64,000 nucleotides of DNA, taken from Chloroflexota bacterium. Lineage in GTDB: Bacteria; Chloroflexota; Dehalococcoidia; GIF9; UBA5629. The DNA lies in contig JBBIPA010000002.1 of assembly GCA_037443085.1 (NCBI GenBank), forward strand, positions 13,739 to 77,738, given 5' to 3'. Of the stretch, positions 17,363-26,373 are shown one piece after another. Position 1 is the first letter of the stretch. Each line of letters starts with the position of its first letter. The position numbers and the translations under genes are program-made. The notes beneath the pieces are model-generated. The model had not been told where the DNA came from, did not search any database, and was given only the letters and a program-made list of their open reading frames with translations.

Positions 17363-19813
17363 TTAGCCTTTTTTCTTTGCCTTGGCTTCGGGCTCGGCGA
17401 ATTGTTTTAGCCTGGCTGCCATATCCTTCAGTTGCCTGGCTACTTTATAGTTGATGCTGTCTTTAGGATAAATCCCGTCTTTTCTCTTCTTGCCTGCGGG
17501 CATGCCGGTGAGTACTTCCAGGCCTTCATCGATGCTGCTTACGGAGTAGATGTGGAACTTGCCCTCCTTTACCGCATCGATTACTTCCGTCCGGAGCATC
17601 AGGTGAGAGACATTCTGACGGGGTATCATCACCCCCTGGTCTCCAGTAAGTCCTTTGGCTTTACATACCCGGAAGAAGCCTTCGATCTTCTGATTGACGC
17701 CGCCGATAGCCTGTATTTCACCTTTCTGGTTTACCGAGCCAGTGACGGCGATATTCTGCTTCAGCGGCACATCGGACAGGCTGGAGAGTAAAGCATATAG
17801 CTCTGTGGAGGAGGCGCTGTCTCCCTCCACGCCTTCATAAGACTGCTCGAAGCAGAGGCTGGCAGATAACGAGAGGGGATTATCCTGAGCGTATTTCCAG
17901 CCCAGATAGCCGCTGAGGATAAGGACGCCTTTATCATGGATTTTGCCGCTGAGCTGGGACTCCCGCTCAATATTAATAACGCCTCCACGCCCCAGGAAGG
18001 TCCTGCAGGTGATACGCGATGGTCTGCCGAAGGAGACATCGCCGAGGCTGTAGACGCTGAGTCCATTCACCTGCCCCACGGCAGCGCCGGCAACATCGAT
18101 CATGATGATACCACGTGCTATCATTTCTTTGATATGCTCATAGGGCAGATTATGGCGGAAAAATCTCTCCTCGACCGCCTTGTCTACATGACTGGCCGAT
18201 ACCAGCTCCACCTTTTCCTTACGTGCCCAGTATTCCGCCTCCTGCACCAGTTCCCGTATCTGGGCGAAGCGGGAGGTCAGCTTTTCCTGGTCGCCTGCCA
18301 TGCGTGAGGCATACTCCACTACCTTAGCTACGCCGGTGCGGTCGAAATGATGCATCTCGCACTTCTCACAGCAGCCGGCGACAAAAGCAGCGAAATGAAA
18401 CATATTCTCTTTGGTTCTATCAATCTGATAGTCGAAGTCGGCCTTCACCTTGAATATTTCCCAGAACTCTTCATCGTAGATGGAGAGCAACTGGTACAGT
18501 GTGACATCGCCGATGAGGAGCACCTTGACGTTGATGGGCATCGGCTGTGGCCGCAGGCCCTGAGGCGCGATAAGCCCCAATCCTTCCAGAGGCTCTTCAA
18601 TGCGCACCTCTTTAGTCTTGATAGTCCGCTTTAGCGCCGGCCAGACGCCCGGATTGGTCAGGACATCGGTGGCGTTTAGCAGCAGATAGCCGCCATTCGC
18701 CAGATGAAAAGCTCCCGGCTTCAGCATGGTATGGTCGCTGAGGTAGCCGCCGAAAAGAAAACGCCGTTCAATCCTGCCGAAAAGGTTGATGTAGGTGGGG
18801 TTGGACTCGATTATGACCGGCGGTCCTTTCAGCTCGCTATTATCCACGAAGACGTTTACCTGGAAGGGAAGGAACGGGTCACGGCCCTGCATCAGGAAAC
18901 TGGCAGGTATACCTAGCACAGCTTCTGGCTGTGCCTCCTTTTCTTTAAACAGGTTCAGATTGTCCAGAGTGTGTGACTGCAGCTCCATGAGAAACTGATG
19001 GACGAGTTCTATATTCTTGTATTCCTGGAGCAAGTCGATGAAGAGACGTGTCACGGTGAAGCCGGCGGTGGTCTTGTCTCCTTCTCGCAGCTTTTCCTCG
19101 GCATTTTTCTCCAGGTCTCTCACCTTTTCGTAGGTAGCCTGTAGCTTTTTCAGCAGGTCATCGCGCTTGTTTTCCAATTCTTTCCTGGCTGGTGCTTCCA
19201 GAGCCATGAATTCCTCTTCGGATATGGGTTTACCATTTGTCAGTGGAATCAATGCCTGCCCCAGGGGTGTCACCTGTATGGTAAAGCCCTGACGTTGTGC
19301 TTCCTCTCTCAGCTCTGAGGAGAGCCGCTGCCTTTCCTCCTGCGCTGCCTCGATGATGGCTTTCCTCTCCGACTTGTACGTTTCGCTGGAGAAAGCCTTG
19401 GCCAGGTCATCCTTGAGTCTTTGCAGCAGACCGCTGACCTGATTGCGAAACACCTTGCCTTTACCCTGTGGCAGGCTCAAAATGCGGGGACGGTCGGAAT
19501 CGGCAAAGTTGTACAGGTAGCACCAGTCCTGTGGTGGCTTCAGTTGATCCGAGGCTTGCTTCTCCTTGAGCAGCTTATCAATATGGGTTTTCACGGCTGA
19601 GGTTTTGCCGGTACCTGCAAGGCCGGCCACGTAGACATTGTAGCCATCATGGCTCATGGATAAACCAAAGTCGATGGCGCCGATAGCTCTATCCTGACCG
19701 ATAAACTCGCGTAATGGCGCCAGGTCTTTGGTGCAGTCGAAGTCAAAGATTTTGGGGTCGCAGTGCCAGCGCAGTTTCTTTGCCGGTACCTCATACTTGG
19801 CAATATTCACCAT
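17363..19813 (-). CDS. Lon-like ATP-dependent protease (AAA+ domain plus S16 peptidase domain; COG1067/LonB-like, stand-alone)
   Basis: Walker A motif GLAGTGKTS; a C-terminal Lon S16 domain with GVEGDSASSTELYALLSSL (catalytic Ser) and VNQKIEG (Lys). 816 aa. Confidence 0.85.
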   Translation of the reverse strand: MVNIAKYEVPAKKLRWHCDPKIFDFDCTKDLAPLREFIGQDRAIGAIDFGLSMSHDGYNVYVAGLAGTGKTSAVKTHIDKLLKEKQASDQLKPPQDWCYLYNFADSDRPRILSLPQGKGKVFRNQVSGLLQRLKDDLAKAFSSETYKSERKAIIEAAQEERQRLSSELREEAQRQGFTIQVTPLGQALIPLTNGKPISEEEFMALEAPARKELENKRDDLLKKLQATYEKVRDLEKNAEEKLREGDKTTAGFTVTRLFIDLLQEYKNIELVHQFLMELQSHTLDNLNLFKEKEAQPEAVLGIPASFLMQGRDPFLPFQVNVFVDNSELKGPPVIIESNPTYINLFGRIERRFLFGGYLSDHTMLKPGAFHLANGGYLLLNATDVLTNPGVWPALKRTIKTKEVRIEEPLEGLGLIAPQGLRPQPMPINVKVLLIGDVTLYQLLSIYDEEFWEIFKVKADFDYQIDRTKENMFHFAAFVAGCCEKCEMHHFDRTGVAKVVEYASRMAGDQEKLTSRFAQIRELVQEAEYWARKEKVELVSASHVDKAVEERFFRHNLPYEHIKEMIARGIIMIDVAGAAVGQVNGLSVYSLGDVSFGRPSRITCRTFLGRGGVINIERESQLSGKIHDKGVLILSGYLGWKYAQDNPLSLSASLCFEQSYEGVEGDSASSTELYALLSSLSDVPLKQNIAVTGSVNQKGEIQAIGGVNQKIEGFFRVCKAKGLTGDQGVMIPRQNVSHLMLRTEVIDAVKEGKFHIYSVSSIDEGLEVLTGMPAGKKRKDGIYPKDSINYKVARQLKDMAARLKQFAEPEAKAKKKG

Positions 19814-19979
19814 ACCTATGCTCCTGTGTTTTTTTCCTGCCTTGGTAGCTCGTCGTTGTTCATATGAAAACCTGGTTTGGGGTGCTGTTGTATACTGTAG
19901 GCAACTGGTGAGATTTTGTCAACAAGATTTTACGATGAGGCTATAGAATTGTCAGGAATTAATATGAGGGAGACTTTGC

Positions 19980-20186
19980 ATGAGAGAATGTACTGTAGAG
20001 AAAAATAAAGCTAAGTGCAATTGCACTTATGAGCCGTGTTCCCGGAAGGGCATTTGCTGCGAGTGCTTGAGCTATCATCGCAGCGCCGGCGAGCTGCCCG
20101 CCTGCTATTTCTCTGCTGATGTGGAGCGGACGTACGACCGCTCCATTGAGGAATTCTTAGAAATGTGCCGGCGCCGGGGACGGTGA
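19980..20186 (+). CDS. Cysteine-rich small protein (CxCx5Cx5CCxC), hypothetical
   Basis: 68 aa, preceded by a GAGGGAG RBS; 7 Cys in the first 35 residues. Confidence 0.5.
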   Translation: MRECTVEKNKAKCNCTYEPCSRKGICCECLSYHRSAGELPACYFSADVERTYDRSIEEFLEMCRRRGR

Positions 20187-20201
20187 CAGGCTACTCTACC
20201 T

Positions 20202-20732
20202 CTACTTCGCCAGTCTCATGCTATAGATGCAGCCGCAGTAGTTCTGCTGGTAAAGTCCCCATTGCCTGGCTAGCTGAGTCGCCCTTTTAAACCCCTCTTT
20301 TTTCTTAAAGTCTCTGGCCATGAACCTGTCTCCACCGAACTCATACCCGATTTTATTCACTGTCTCGGCGGATTTGTGGGGGCTGATAGTGAGGGTGGTG
20401 GTGAAGGCATCCCCGCCGCAGTCTTCAAGAAAGGCGAAGGTTTTTTCCAGTCGTATTCTTAAACAGACCCGGCATCTGTCGCCGCCTTCCGGCTCCTGTT
20501 TCAGATGCCCGGTTTTCTTAAGCCAGCTACCCGGCTGGTAAGGTGCGACCTCCAGGGGGAAATCAAGCTCTTGCGCCACTCTACGGGCTGCCTCTAACCT
20601 CTTATGGTATTCCTCTTTGGGGTGGATGTTGGGGTTGTAGAAAAAGCCGATGACCTGATGGCCCTCTTCGCTCAGCGTTTTCACTGCGCCGGCGGCGCAT
20701 ACTCCGCAGCAGATATGGATGACTATTTTCAT
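20202..20732 (-). CDS. queH: Epoxyqueuosine reductase QueH (DUF208)
   Basis: N-terminal VIHICCGVCAAG and C-terminal QNYCGCIYS, both characteristic of QueH. Confidence 0.85.
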   Translation of the reverse strand: MKIVIHICCGVCAAGAVKTLSEEGHQVIGFFYNPNIHPKEEYHKRLEAARRVAQELDFPLEVAPYQPGSWLKKTGHLKQEPEGGDRCRVCLRIRLEKTFAFLEDCGGDAFTTTLTISPHKSAETVNKIGYEFGGDRFMARDFKKKEGFKRATQLARQWGLYQQNYCGCIYSMRLAK

Positions 20733-20739
20733 TTAACCC

Positions 20740-21396
20740 TCAAATTGTTTTATACTTCTCAGTCTTGCTGTCCGGCGTAAGCCCCGCCTTGTCTAGAACA
20801 TCCTTGGTCACATAGATAGGCGCTTTAACCCGAATAGCAATAGCGATGGCATCACTGGGGCGGGAGTCAATTTCTATCTCCTGCCAATCAGCGCCAAGCA
20901 CCACCCTGGCATAGAAGATATTATCTTTGAGGTCGGTAATCATAATGGAATTAACCTTAGCCCCCAGCTTATCAACGATGGTGCACAGCAAATCGGGGGT
21001 GAGCGGGCGGGGCATGGCTATCCCTTCCGTGACCACTGCTATGGCATTCACCTCAACCACACCAATCCAGATAGGCAGATAGCGGTCGCCATTTTTCTGT
21101 TTCAGAAGCACCACCGGCTGAGAAGTAGCCCTGGTGATGCCAACGCTATCCACCACCATTTCCACCAGATTATCCTGCGCAATTTCCTTTGACCCTTGCT
21201 CACCCCTCATCCAGGCAGCAATATCGTTACCGCCCAGCCATCTTACAGCGGCAGTTACTCCACCGGGTAAAAACACCGAGCAAATCGCCAGCAGAACAAT
21301 AATAATCACACAACCCAGCAAACACCACTTCGCCTTGCTCAGTTTCACCATAGCACTCTTCTTTTTGGGTTCAGCCACATCATTTATTTGTTCCAT
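20740..21396 (-). CDS. Bifunctional nuclease family protein (DUF151) with an N-terminal membrane anchor
   Basis: A TM helix followed by a BFN-like core (VVLLKQKNGDRYLPIWIGVVEVNAI...SRPSDAIAIA). Confidence 0.7.
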   Translation of the reverse strand: MEQINDVAEPKKKSAMVKLSKAKWCLLGCVIIIVLLAICSVFLPGGVTAAVRWLGGNDIAAWMRGEQGSKEIAQDNLVEMVVDSVGITRATSQPVVLLKQKNGDRYLPIWIGVVEVNAIAVVTEGIAMPRPLTPDLLCTIVDKLGAKVNSIMITDLKDNIFYARVVLGADWQEIEIDSRPSDAIAIAIRVKAPIYVTKDVLDKAGLTPDSKTEKYKTI

Positions 21397-21488
21397 CGCC
21401 TACCTCCTATCTTCCTAACATTAGCACGCGTCACTGCTTAGCCCATGTTACGCCGAAAACCTGCCTGAAGGCAAGAAGACGGGGGGAA

Positions 21489-21516
21489 ATCCCTTCCCTT
21501 GCTAGGGGAAAGGGAT
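21489..21516 (-). terminator. Rho-independent terminator-like hairpin downstream of the PPC-domain gene
   Basis: ATCCCTTCCC-TTGCTA-GGGGAAAGGGAT, a roughly 10 bp stem, followed on the minus strand by a UUCCCCCCGUCUUCUU tract. Confidence 0.4.
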
Positions 21517-21537
21517 GCAGGAGATAGAGTTGATAAG

Positions 21538-21981
21538 TTAGCTAACATCCAGCAGAGAAAAGCCGCTATCCGAATCTTTAATCCGAGCCACTTTGGCGCC
21601 GATAATCTCGTAGATAATAACTTCGCCCACCAGCCAGGTAACCACACCAGGCCGTAGGCATCCCGTCATCGTTCCCCCGGCTCGCCCCAGCGCAGCATGG
21701 ATATGCAATGCAGGCTTTCCGCCTTCGCCGGGCGCCAGCACTCCCACTCCTACCACCTCATGGGCGCCATCTACTGGCAACAGCATCGACTCAGGCGGTC
21801 TTTCATCGGAGCGCCGGGGACCAACCACAATCTCGCCACCGCCAATGCCGCCTATCAGGATAACATGCCCCATAGCGATATTATTCTCCTCAGCAAAACG
21901 CTCAATGCACGCCGGCACCATGTCTCCAGCCTCGAGCCGTATTACAAAGACCCTACCTACGCGCCCTTCACTTGCTTTCAT
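21538..21981 (-). CDS. PPC-domain (DUF296) DNA-binding protein
   Basis: 147 aa with a PCC/DUF296 fold pattern (RVFVIRLEAGDMVPACIERFAEENNI..GHVILIGGIG). Confidence 0.7.
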   Translation of the reverse strand: MKASEGRVGRVFVIRLEAGDMVPACIERFAEENNIAMGHVILIGGIGGGEIVVGPRRSDERPPESMLLPVDGAHEVVGVGVLAPGEGGKPALHIHAALGRAGGTMTGCLRPGVVTWLVGEVIIYEIIGAKVARIKDSDSGFSLLDVS

Positions 21982-22136
21982 TCATTGCCTCCTTTTAATG
22001 TGGAGTGAGTTGCGCCGTTGTGCTTCCGTGTGCCAGGACACAAAGGACACTTTAAGTTGCCCAACCTTCTTTGTCAAGTGATATGAGCTTATTCATTTTT
22101 CAGGCAAGCAATCAGTAAATAGTGAAAAGCCCTTTC

Positions 22137-22165
22137 TTGACACTTTGTAGCTGGCGATGATAGAC
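22137..22165 (+). promoter_or_regulatory. Putative sigma-70 promoter (TTGACA, 17 nt spacer, ATAGAC) for nadK
   Basis: An exact -35 hexamer with a weak -10, 11 nt before the ATG. The transcript would be near-leaderless. Confidence 0.3.
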
Positions 22166-22176
22166 TCCACCTACCT

Positions 22177-23001
22177 ATGAAACAGGTCGGCATTCTGTAT
22201 CAACCGAAACGAGAGGAGGCGGTAGCTTTTAGCCATGAGCTGGAGACGTTCCTGAGCAGCCGGGATATCCGCATCTGGCGCTGTTCTGCCTGGGAGCCAG
22301 AAAGGGCGAAGCAGCTTATTGCCGGCACCGATTTACTGGTGAGCATCGGCGGTGATGGCACCATCCTGCGCGCCGCTCGCACCGTGATTCCTGACTCGGT
22401 GCCCATACTGGGAATAAACCTGGGCAGGCTGGGATTCATGGCAGAGCTGAAAGCGTCCGGGGCATTGAAGAAGCTGCCGGCGCTGCTCAACGGCAGGGGC
22501 TGGATTGAAGAACGAGCCATACTGGAGGCCGAGCTGCCCTCTCAGGGCAGGATGTTCCATGCTTTGAACGAGGTATTTGTGGGTCGCCGAAGCTCGGCAC
22601 GTCTGGTGACGGTTGACTGTAAAATAAATAATGCTGCCTTGACTACTTATCGAGCTGATGGCGTCATCATAGCTACTGCCAGCGGCAGTACCGGCTATAC
22701 GCTGGCGGCAGGAGGACCAATTTTGCATCCCCAGGCGAAAGAGTTGATTCTCATGCCAGTTTGCGCCCATTTCACCTTCGATAAGTCACTGGTGTTGCCA
22801 GCAAAAACGACTATCGAATTACAGGTAACCACCACCCACGAAGCTATGCTCAGCATCGATGGGCAAACTGAGCTACAATTGAATAGCGGCGATACCGTTA
22901 AGGTAAAGCTGAGTAAACATATGGTTAAATTTCTCAGGCTTCAGCCTAAAACCTATTTTTACAGGTCTCTGGATGCCAAGTTGAAGAGGAAAGTTGCATG
23001 A
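22177..23001 (+). CDS. nadK: NAD+ kinase
   Basis: GGDGT motif (VSIGGDGTILRAAR), the NEVFV motif, 274 aa. Confidence 0.9.
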   Translation: MKQVGILYQPKREEAVAFSHELETFLSSRDIRIWRCSAWEPERAKQLIAGTDLLVSIGGDGTILRAARTVIPDSVPILGINLGRLGFMAELKASGALKKLPALLNGRGWIEERAILEAELPSQGRMFHALNEVFVGRRSSARLVTVDCKINNAALTTYRADGVIIATASGSTGYTLAAGGPILHPQAKELILMPVCAHFTFDKSLVLPAKTTIELQVTTTHEAMLSIDGQTELQLNSGDTVKVKLSKHMVKFLRLQPKTYFYRSLDAKLKRKVA

Positions 23002-23456
23002 AAGTAGAAAAAGCTAAAATAAGTGATGCGCAGCAGATGCATGAGATGGTGAACAAGTTCGCCGAGAGAGGCGAAATGCTGCCCCGGGCACTGAGCGAAA
23101 TCTACGAAGACATCCGCGACTATTTCGTCATCAGGGATAAGAACGGCCAGGTTATCGCTTGCGTTGCTCTCCATATAAGCTGGTCAGACCTGGCTGAGAT
23201 ACGAACTCTGGCGGTGAGTGAAAATAAGCAGGAGCAAGGATTAGGCTCACTGCTGATTAAATCCTGCCTTGATGAAGCCAAACAATTAGGTATAGATAAG
23301 CTCTTCTGCCTCACCTATAAGCCAGCGTTTTTTGAGAAAAATGGCTTCGTCCAGGTCGATAAAATGGAATTGCCGCGCAAGATATGGTCGGAATGCTTCC
23401 GCTGTCCTAAATTCCCCGATTGCGATGAGGTGGCGCTTATTTATCAAATGAAGTGA
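22998..23456 (+). CDS. GNAT family N-acetyltransferase (short ArgA-like)
   Basis: Acetyl-CoA-binding pattern QEQGLGSLLIKSCLDEAKQLGIDKLFCLT; it overlaps the nadK stop. Confidence 0.75.
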   Translation: MKVEKAKISDAQQMHEMVNKFAERGEMLPRALSEIYEDIRDYFVIRDKNGQVIACVALHISWSDLAEIRTLAVSENKQEQGLGSLLIKSCLDEAKQLGIDKLFCLTYKPAFFEKNGFVQVDKMELPRKIWSECFRCPKFPDCDEVALIYQMK

Positions 23457-23476
23457 TGGAAACCTCTCACCTCTTG

Positions 23477-23515
23477 CCCCTCTCTCCTTAACAAGGAGAG
23501 AGGGGAACATATTTT
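23477..23515 (+). terminator. Rho-independent terminator after the GNAT gene
   Basis: A perfect 12 bp stem CCCCTCTCTCCT / AGGAGAGAGGGG with a TAACA loop, followed by AACATATTTT. Confidence 0.5.
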
Positions 23516-23575
23516 ATGAAAGGGGCCAAGCCCCTTTCTATCCCCCTGATAGATAATCATAATGGGGAGGGTAAG

Positions 23576-24103
23576 ATGCCAGGAAGTACACTTTCCAGTG
23601 AGCAGATTTACCAGGGTCGAGCGGTAAAGCTGCGCGTTGATACCATAGAGAAGCCCGACGGCAAAAAAACAACGCGGGAAATTGTGGAACATGCCGACTG
23701 CGTCGCGGTGGTGGCGCTGGATGAGCGGGAAAACGTGGTCATGGTGCGCCAATACCGCGAAGCTGTGGGCAAGACCCTTCTGGAAATTCCGGCTGGCGGC
23801 ATAGACCCAGGTGAAAATGCTGAGGAATCCGTCCGCCGAGAGCTACAGGAAGAGATAGGCTTTCTGCCGCAGAAGATAGAGAAAATCGGCGGATTCTACT
23901 CAACACCGGGCTACTGCACCGAATATCTGTACCTGTACCTGGCTACAGACCTGAAATCAAGCCGGCTTAGAGCAGAAGATACCGAGGACATCGAGGTGGT
24001 GAAAGTACCGCTTCCGCAGATACCGGCGCTTATTGCCTCGGGAGACATCTGCGATGCCAAAAGCATCGCCGGCTTGCTCAGATTTCTGCGCCTTAGAAGC
24101 TAA
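23576..24103 (+). CDS. NUDIX hydrolase (ADP-ribose pyrophosphatase-like)
   Basis: Nudix box GGIDPGENAEESVRRELQEEIGF. The start is moved to ATG 23576 (MPGSTLSSEQIYQGR) because it has a GGGGAGGG RBS, whereas the ORF-track start overlaps the upstream terminator. Confidence 0.8.
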   Translation: MPGSTLSSEQIYQGRAVKLRVDTIEKPDGKKTTREIVEHADCVAVVALDERENVVMVRQYREAVGKTLLEIPAGGIDPGENAEESVRRELQEEIGFLPQKIEKIGGFYSTPGYCTEYLYLYLATDLKSSRLRAEDTEDIEVVKVPLPQIPALIASGDICDAKSIAGLLRFLRLRS

Positions 24104-24107
24104 CAGA

Positions 24108-24671
24108 CTAAACCTTAACTTGATACTTGGCTTTGCCTTGCTCGTAGAGGTCGTTGCCATGGACATCGTTAATCACCGTAGCCGGGAAACTTTCCACTTC
24201 CAGGCGCAGGATAGCCTCGGCACCGAGGTCTTCATACGCTACCAGCTCTGATTTTTTGATACTCTGGGAAATCAGGGCGCCGGCACCGCCGATGGCGGCG
24301 AAGTACACTGACTTATATTTCCTCATAGCATCTTTCACTGCCTGGGTGCGGTTGCCCTTGCCAATCATGCCCTTGAGGCCTACCGACATAAGGCGGGGCG
24401 AGTAAACATCCATGCGGCCGCTGGTGGTAGGACCTGCCGAGCCGATGGCATGGCCTGGCTTGGCTGGAGACGGTCCCATGTAGTAGACGATTTGATTCTT
24501 AATATCAAAAGGGAGCTTCTCTCCCTTATCCAGCGCCTCGACCATACGTTTGTGGGCAGAATCTCTAGCTGAATAAATGACGCCGGTAATGAAGACCTGG
24601 TCGCCAGCTTCCAGGCTTTCCACAGTCTTCTCATCCAGCGGCGTGGTAATATGTACTGTCTTCATTATCAT
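24108..24671 (-). CDS. fumB: Class I fumarate hydratase, beta (C-terminal) subunit
   Basis: Fe-S hydro-lyase beta subunit pattern (GPSPAKPGHAIGSAGPTTSGRMD...AIGGAGAL). 187 aa. Confidence 0.85.
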   Translation of the reverse strand: MIMKTVHITTPLDEKTVESLEAGDQVFITGVIYSARDSAHKRMVEALDKGEKLPFDIKNQIVYYMGPSPAKPGHAIGSAGPTTSGRMDVYSPRLMSVGLKGMIGKGNRTQAVKDAMRKYKSVYFAAIGGAGALISQSIKKSELVAYEDLGAEAILRLEVESFPATVINDVHGNDLYEQGKAKYQVKV

Positions 24672-24692
24672 TCCTCCTTTAAAACAGTCGGG

Positions 24693-25538
24693 CTATTTCC
24701 CTTTGGCGGTAAACTCAGGCACCGGCACTTTGGGCTTGGTTGGCTCAGCGGGCAGCTTCGCCACCTGTGCTGGCTGTTTCTTTTTCTTGCTGCCAATAGC
24801 CCGGGAAACCAGGCTCCTCTTCATCAACTGTATTGCCAGGCCGGGGTCTAACCCCTTGGGGCAGACTTCGGAGCAGGCAGCGGCAAAATGGCAATGCCAG
24901 ATGCCGTGCTTGGTGTCCACAGAAGCTACCCTCTCCTCGGCGCCTTCATCCCTGCTATCGGCACAGTAGCGATAGCACTGTGCCAGTGCCTGCGGTCCCA
25001 GGAACTCGCTGTCGCTGGCTGAAGTGGGACAGGCAGCCACGCAGATGCCACATTTGATGCAGTAAGTGAACTGCAGGAAAGAATCCAGTTCCTTAGGCGC
25101 TTGCGTATACTCCGCAGTCGGCTGCTCCATCTCCTGCCGATCACTGCGGATGATGTACGGTTTTATGGATTTGTGATTGGCGAAGAATGTGCTCATGTCG
25201 GGCACCAGGTCTTTGATAATAGGCAGGTTGGGCAAAGGTTTCACCGTAAGCTTATCGGTATGAAGCTCCTCTATCTGCGTATGGCAGGCGAGGTGAGGAT
25301 AATCGTTGATAAGCATAGCACAGGAGCCGCAGATGCCCATGCGACATGAAGTGCGAAACGCCAGTGTGCTATCCATGTTCTCTTTGATATGGAGCAGCCC
25401 ATCGAGCACGGTCATGCCCTTGGTAAAGGGAACGGTGAACTCCTGGAGATGGGGAGCTTTGCCATTCTCAGGATTGTATCTCTGAACTTTGAACTTTATC
25501 TCAGTAAACTTAAACTCATGTTTGCTTTCTTCAGTCAT
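24693..25538 (-). CDS. sdhB: Succinate dehydrogenase / fumarate reductase iron-sulfur subunit
   Basis: 2Fe-2S motif CRMGICGSCAM and 4Fe-4S motifs CIKCGICVAACP and CHFAAACSEVCPKG. Confidence 0.9.
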   Translation of the reverse strand: MTEESKHEFKFTEIKFKVQRYNPENGKAPHLQEFTVPFTKGMTVLDGLLHIKENMDSTLAFRTSCRMGICGSCAMLINDYPHLACHTQIEELHTDKLTVKPLPNLPIIKDLVPDMSTFFANHKSIKPYIIRSDRQEMEQPTAEYTQAPKELDSFLQFTYCIKCGICVAACPTSASDSEFLGPQALAQCYRYCADSRDEGAEERVASVDTKHGIWHCHFAAACSEVCPKGLDPGLAIQLMKRSLVSRAIGSKKKKQPAQVAKLPAEPTKPKVPVPEFTAKGK

Positions 25539-25558
25539 TGCTTTTCAGTTCCTCCTAG

Positions 25559-25924
25559 TTATGATAGCAGGGCCAGCGGCGCATAAATGCCCAGTATAAG
25601 GAAAACCACGCCGACAAAGATGATGATGCCGGTGACCACTCGCTCGGCGCGGGCTGAAGGGGTCAGCTCCAGCACAATATTGCGCAATCCGTTAAAGGCA
25701 TGATAGAGAGTGAAAATCAGCAGGGCGATATAAATGAATGCCCAAATGCCCTGTCTAGAGCGCTCTATCATTGACGACCAGGATGTGGGATGTCCAATAT
25801 CGATGCCAAAGAAACCAAGGACAGCGTCAAGGTGCTGTGTCACCATGTGGATACCAAGCAAAACTGCTATCAAGATGCCGGTTATCAGTTGCACCAGTTG
25901 CAGGTATGTATTACGCATTACCAA
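25559..25924 (-). CDS. sdhD: Succinate dehydrogenase / fumarate reductase membrane anchor subunit
   Basis: 121 aa, 3-TM protein with conserved His residues, between sdhC and sdhB. Confidence 0.6.
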   Translation of the reverse strand: MVMRNTYLQLVQLITGILIAVLLGIHMVTQHLDAVLGFFGIDIGHPTSWSSMIERSRQGIWAFIYIALLIFTLYHAFNGLRNIVLELTPSARAERVVTGIIIFVGVVFLILGIYAPLALLS

Positions 25925-26364
25925 CCTCCTGCGATGAAGTCATAGAACACAACGATGGCTAGTATCACGATAACAACCATGAACACAATGGTGATCGGTC
26001 TCTTCTTGCGGATGGAATCCCTGTAGGGATAAATCGGAGGTATCGGCTTACCCAGGGTAAATCCTAATTCCTGCAAGAACAGGCGCAAGCCATTGAGCGC
26101 ATGGTAGACAAAGGCAACCACCACCAGGTATTCGCCGATTTTAAACCAGGGATTTCCGCTGAGCACACCCATGGTTGCCTCCCACACCCCCTGCCCCTGG
26201 ACACGGAACACCGTGGTTGCGGTGAGGTGGAACAGTATGAACAATACCAGGCCTAAGCCGGTGACGCGATGGAGAATATAGAGATAGCGTTCTAGCTGAT
26301 ATTTACCGCCGTAGACCCAACCCCTCACCCCCAATAAGTTTGGACGAGGTCGTATTTGTGCCAT
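25918..26364 (-). CDS. sdhC: Succinate dehydrogenase / fumarate reductase cytochrome b subunit
   Basis: 148 aa, 3-TM protein directly downstream of sdhA. Confidence 0.65.
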   Translation of the reverse strand: MAQIRPRPNLLGVRGWVYGGKYQLERYLYILHRVTGLGLVLFILFHLTATTVFRVQGQGVWEATMGVLSGNPWFKIGEYLVVVAFVYHALNGLRLFLQELGFTLGKPIPPIYPYRDSIRKKRPITIVFMVVIVILAIVVFYDFIAGGW

Positions 26365-26373
26365 AATAACCTC

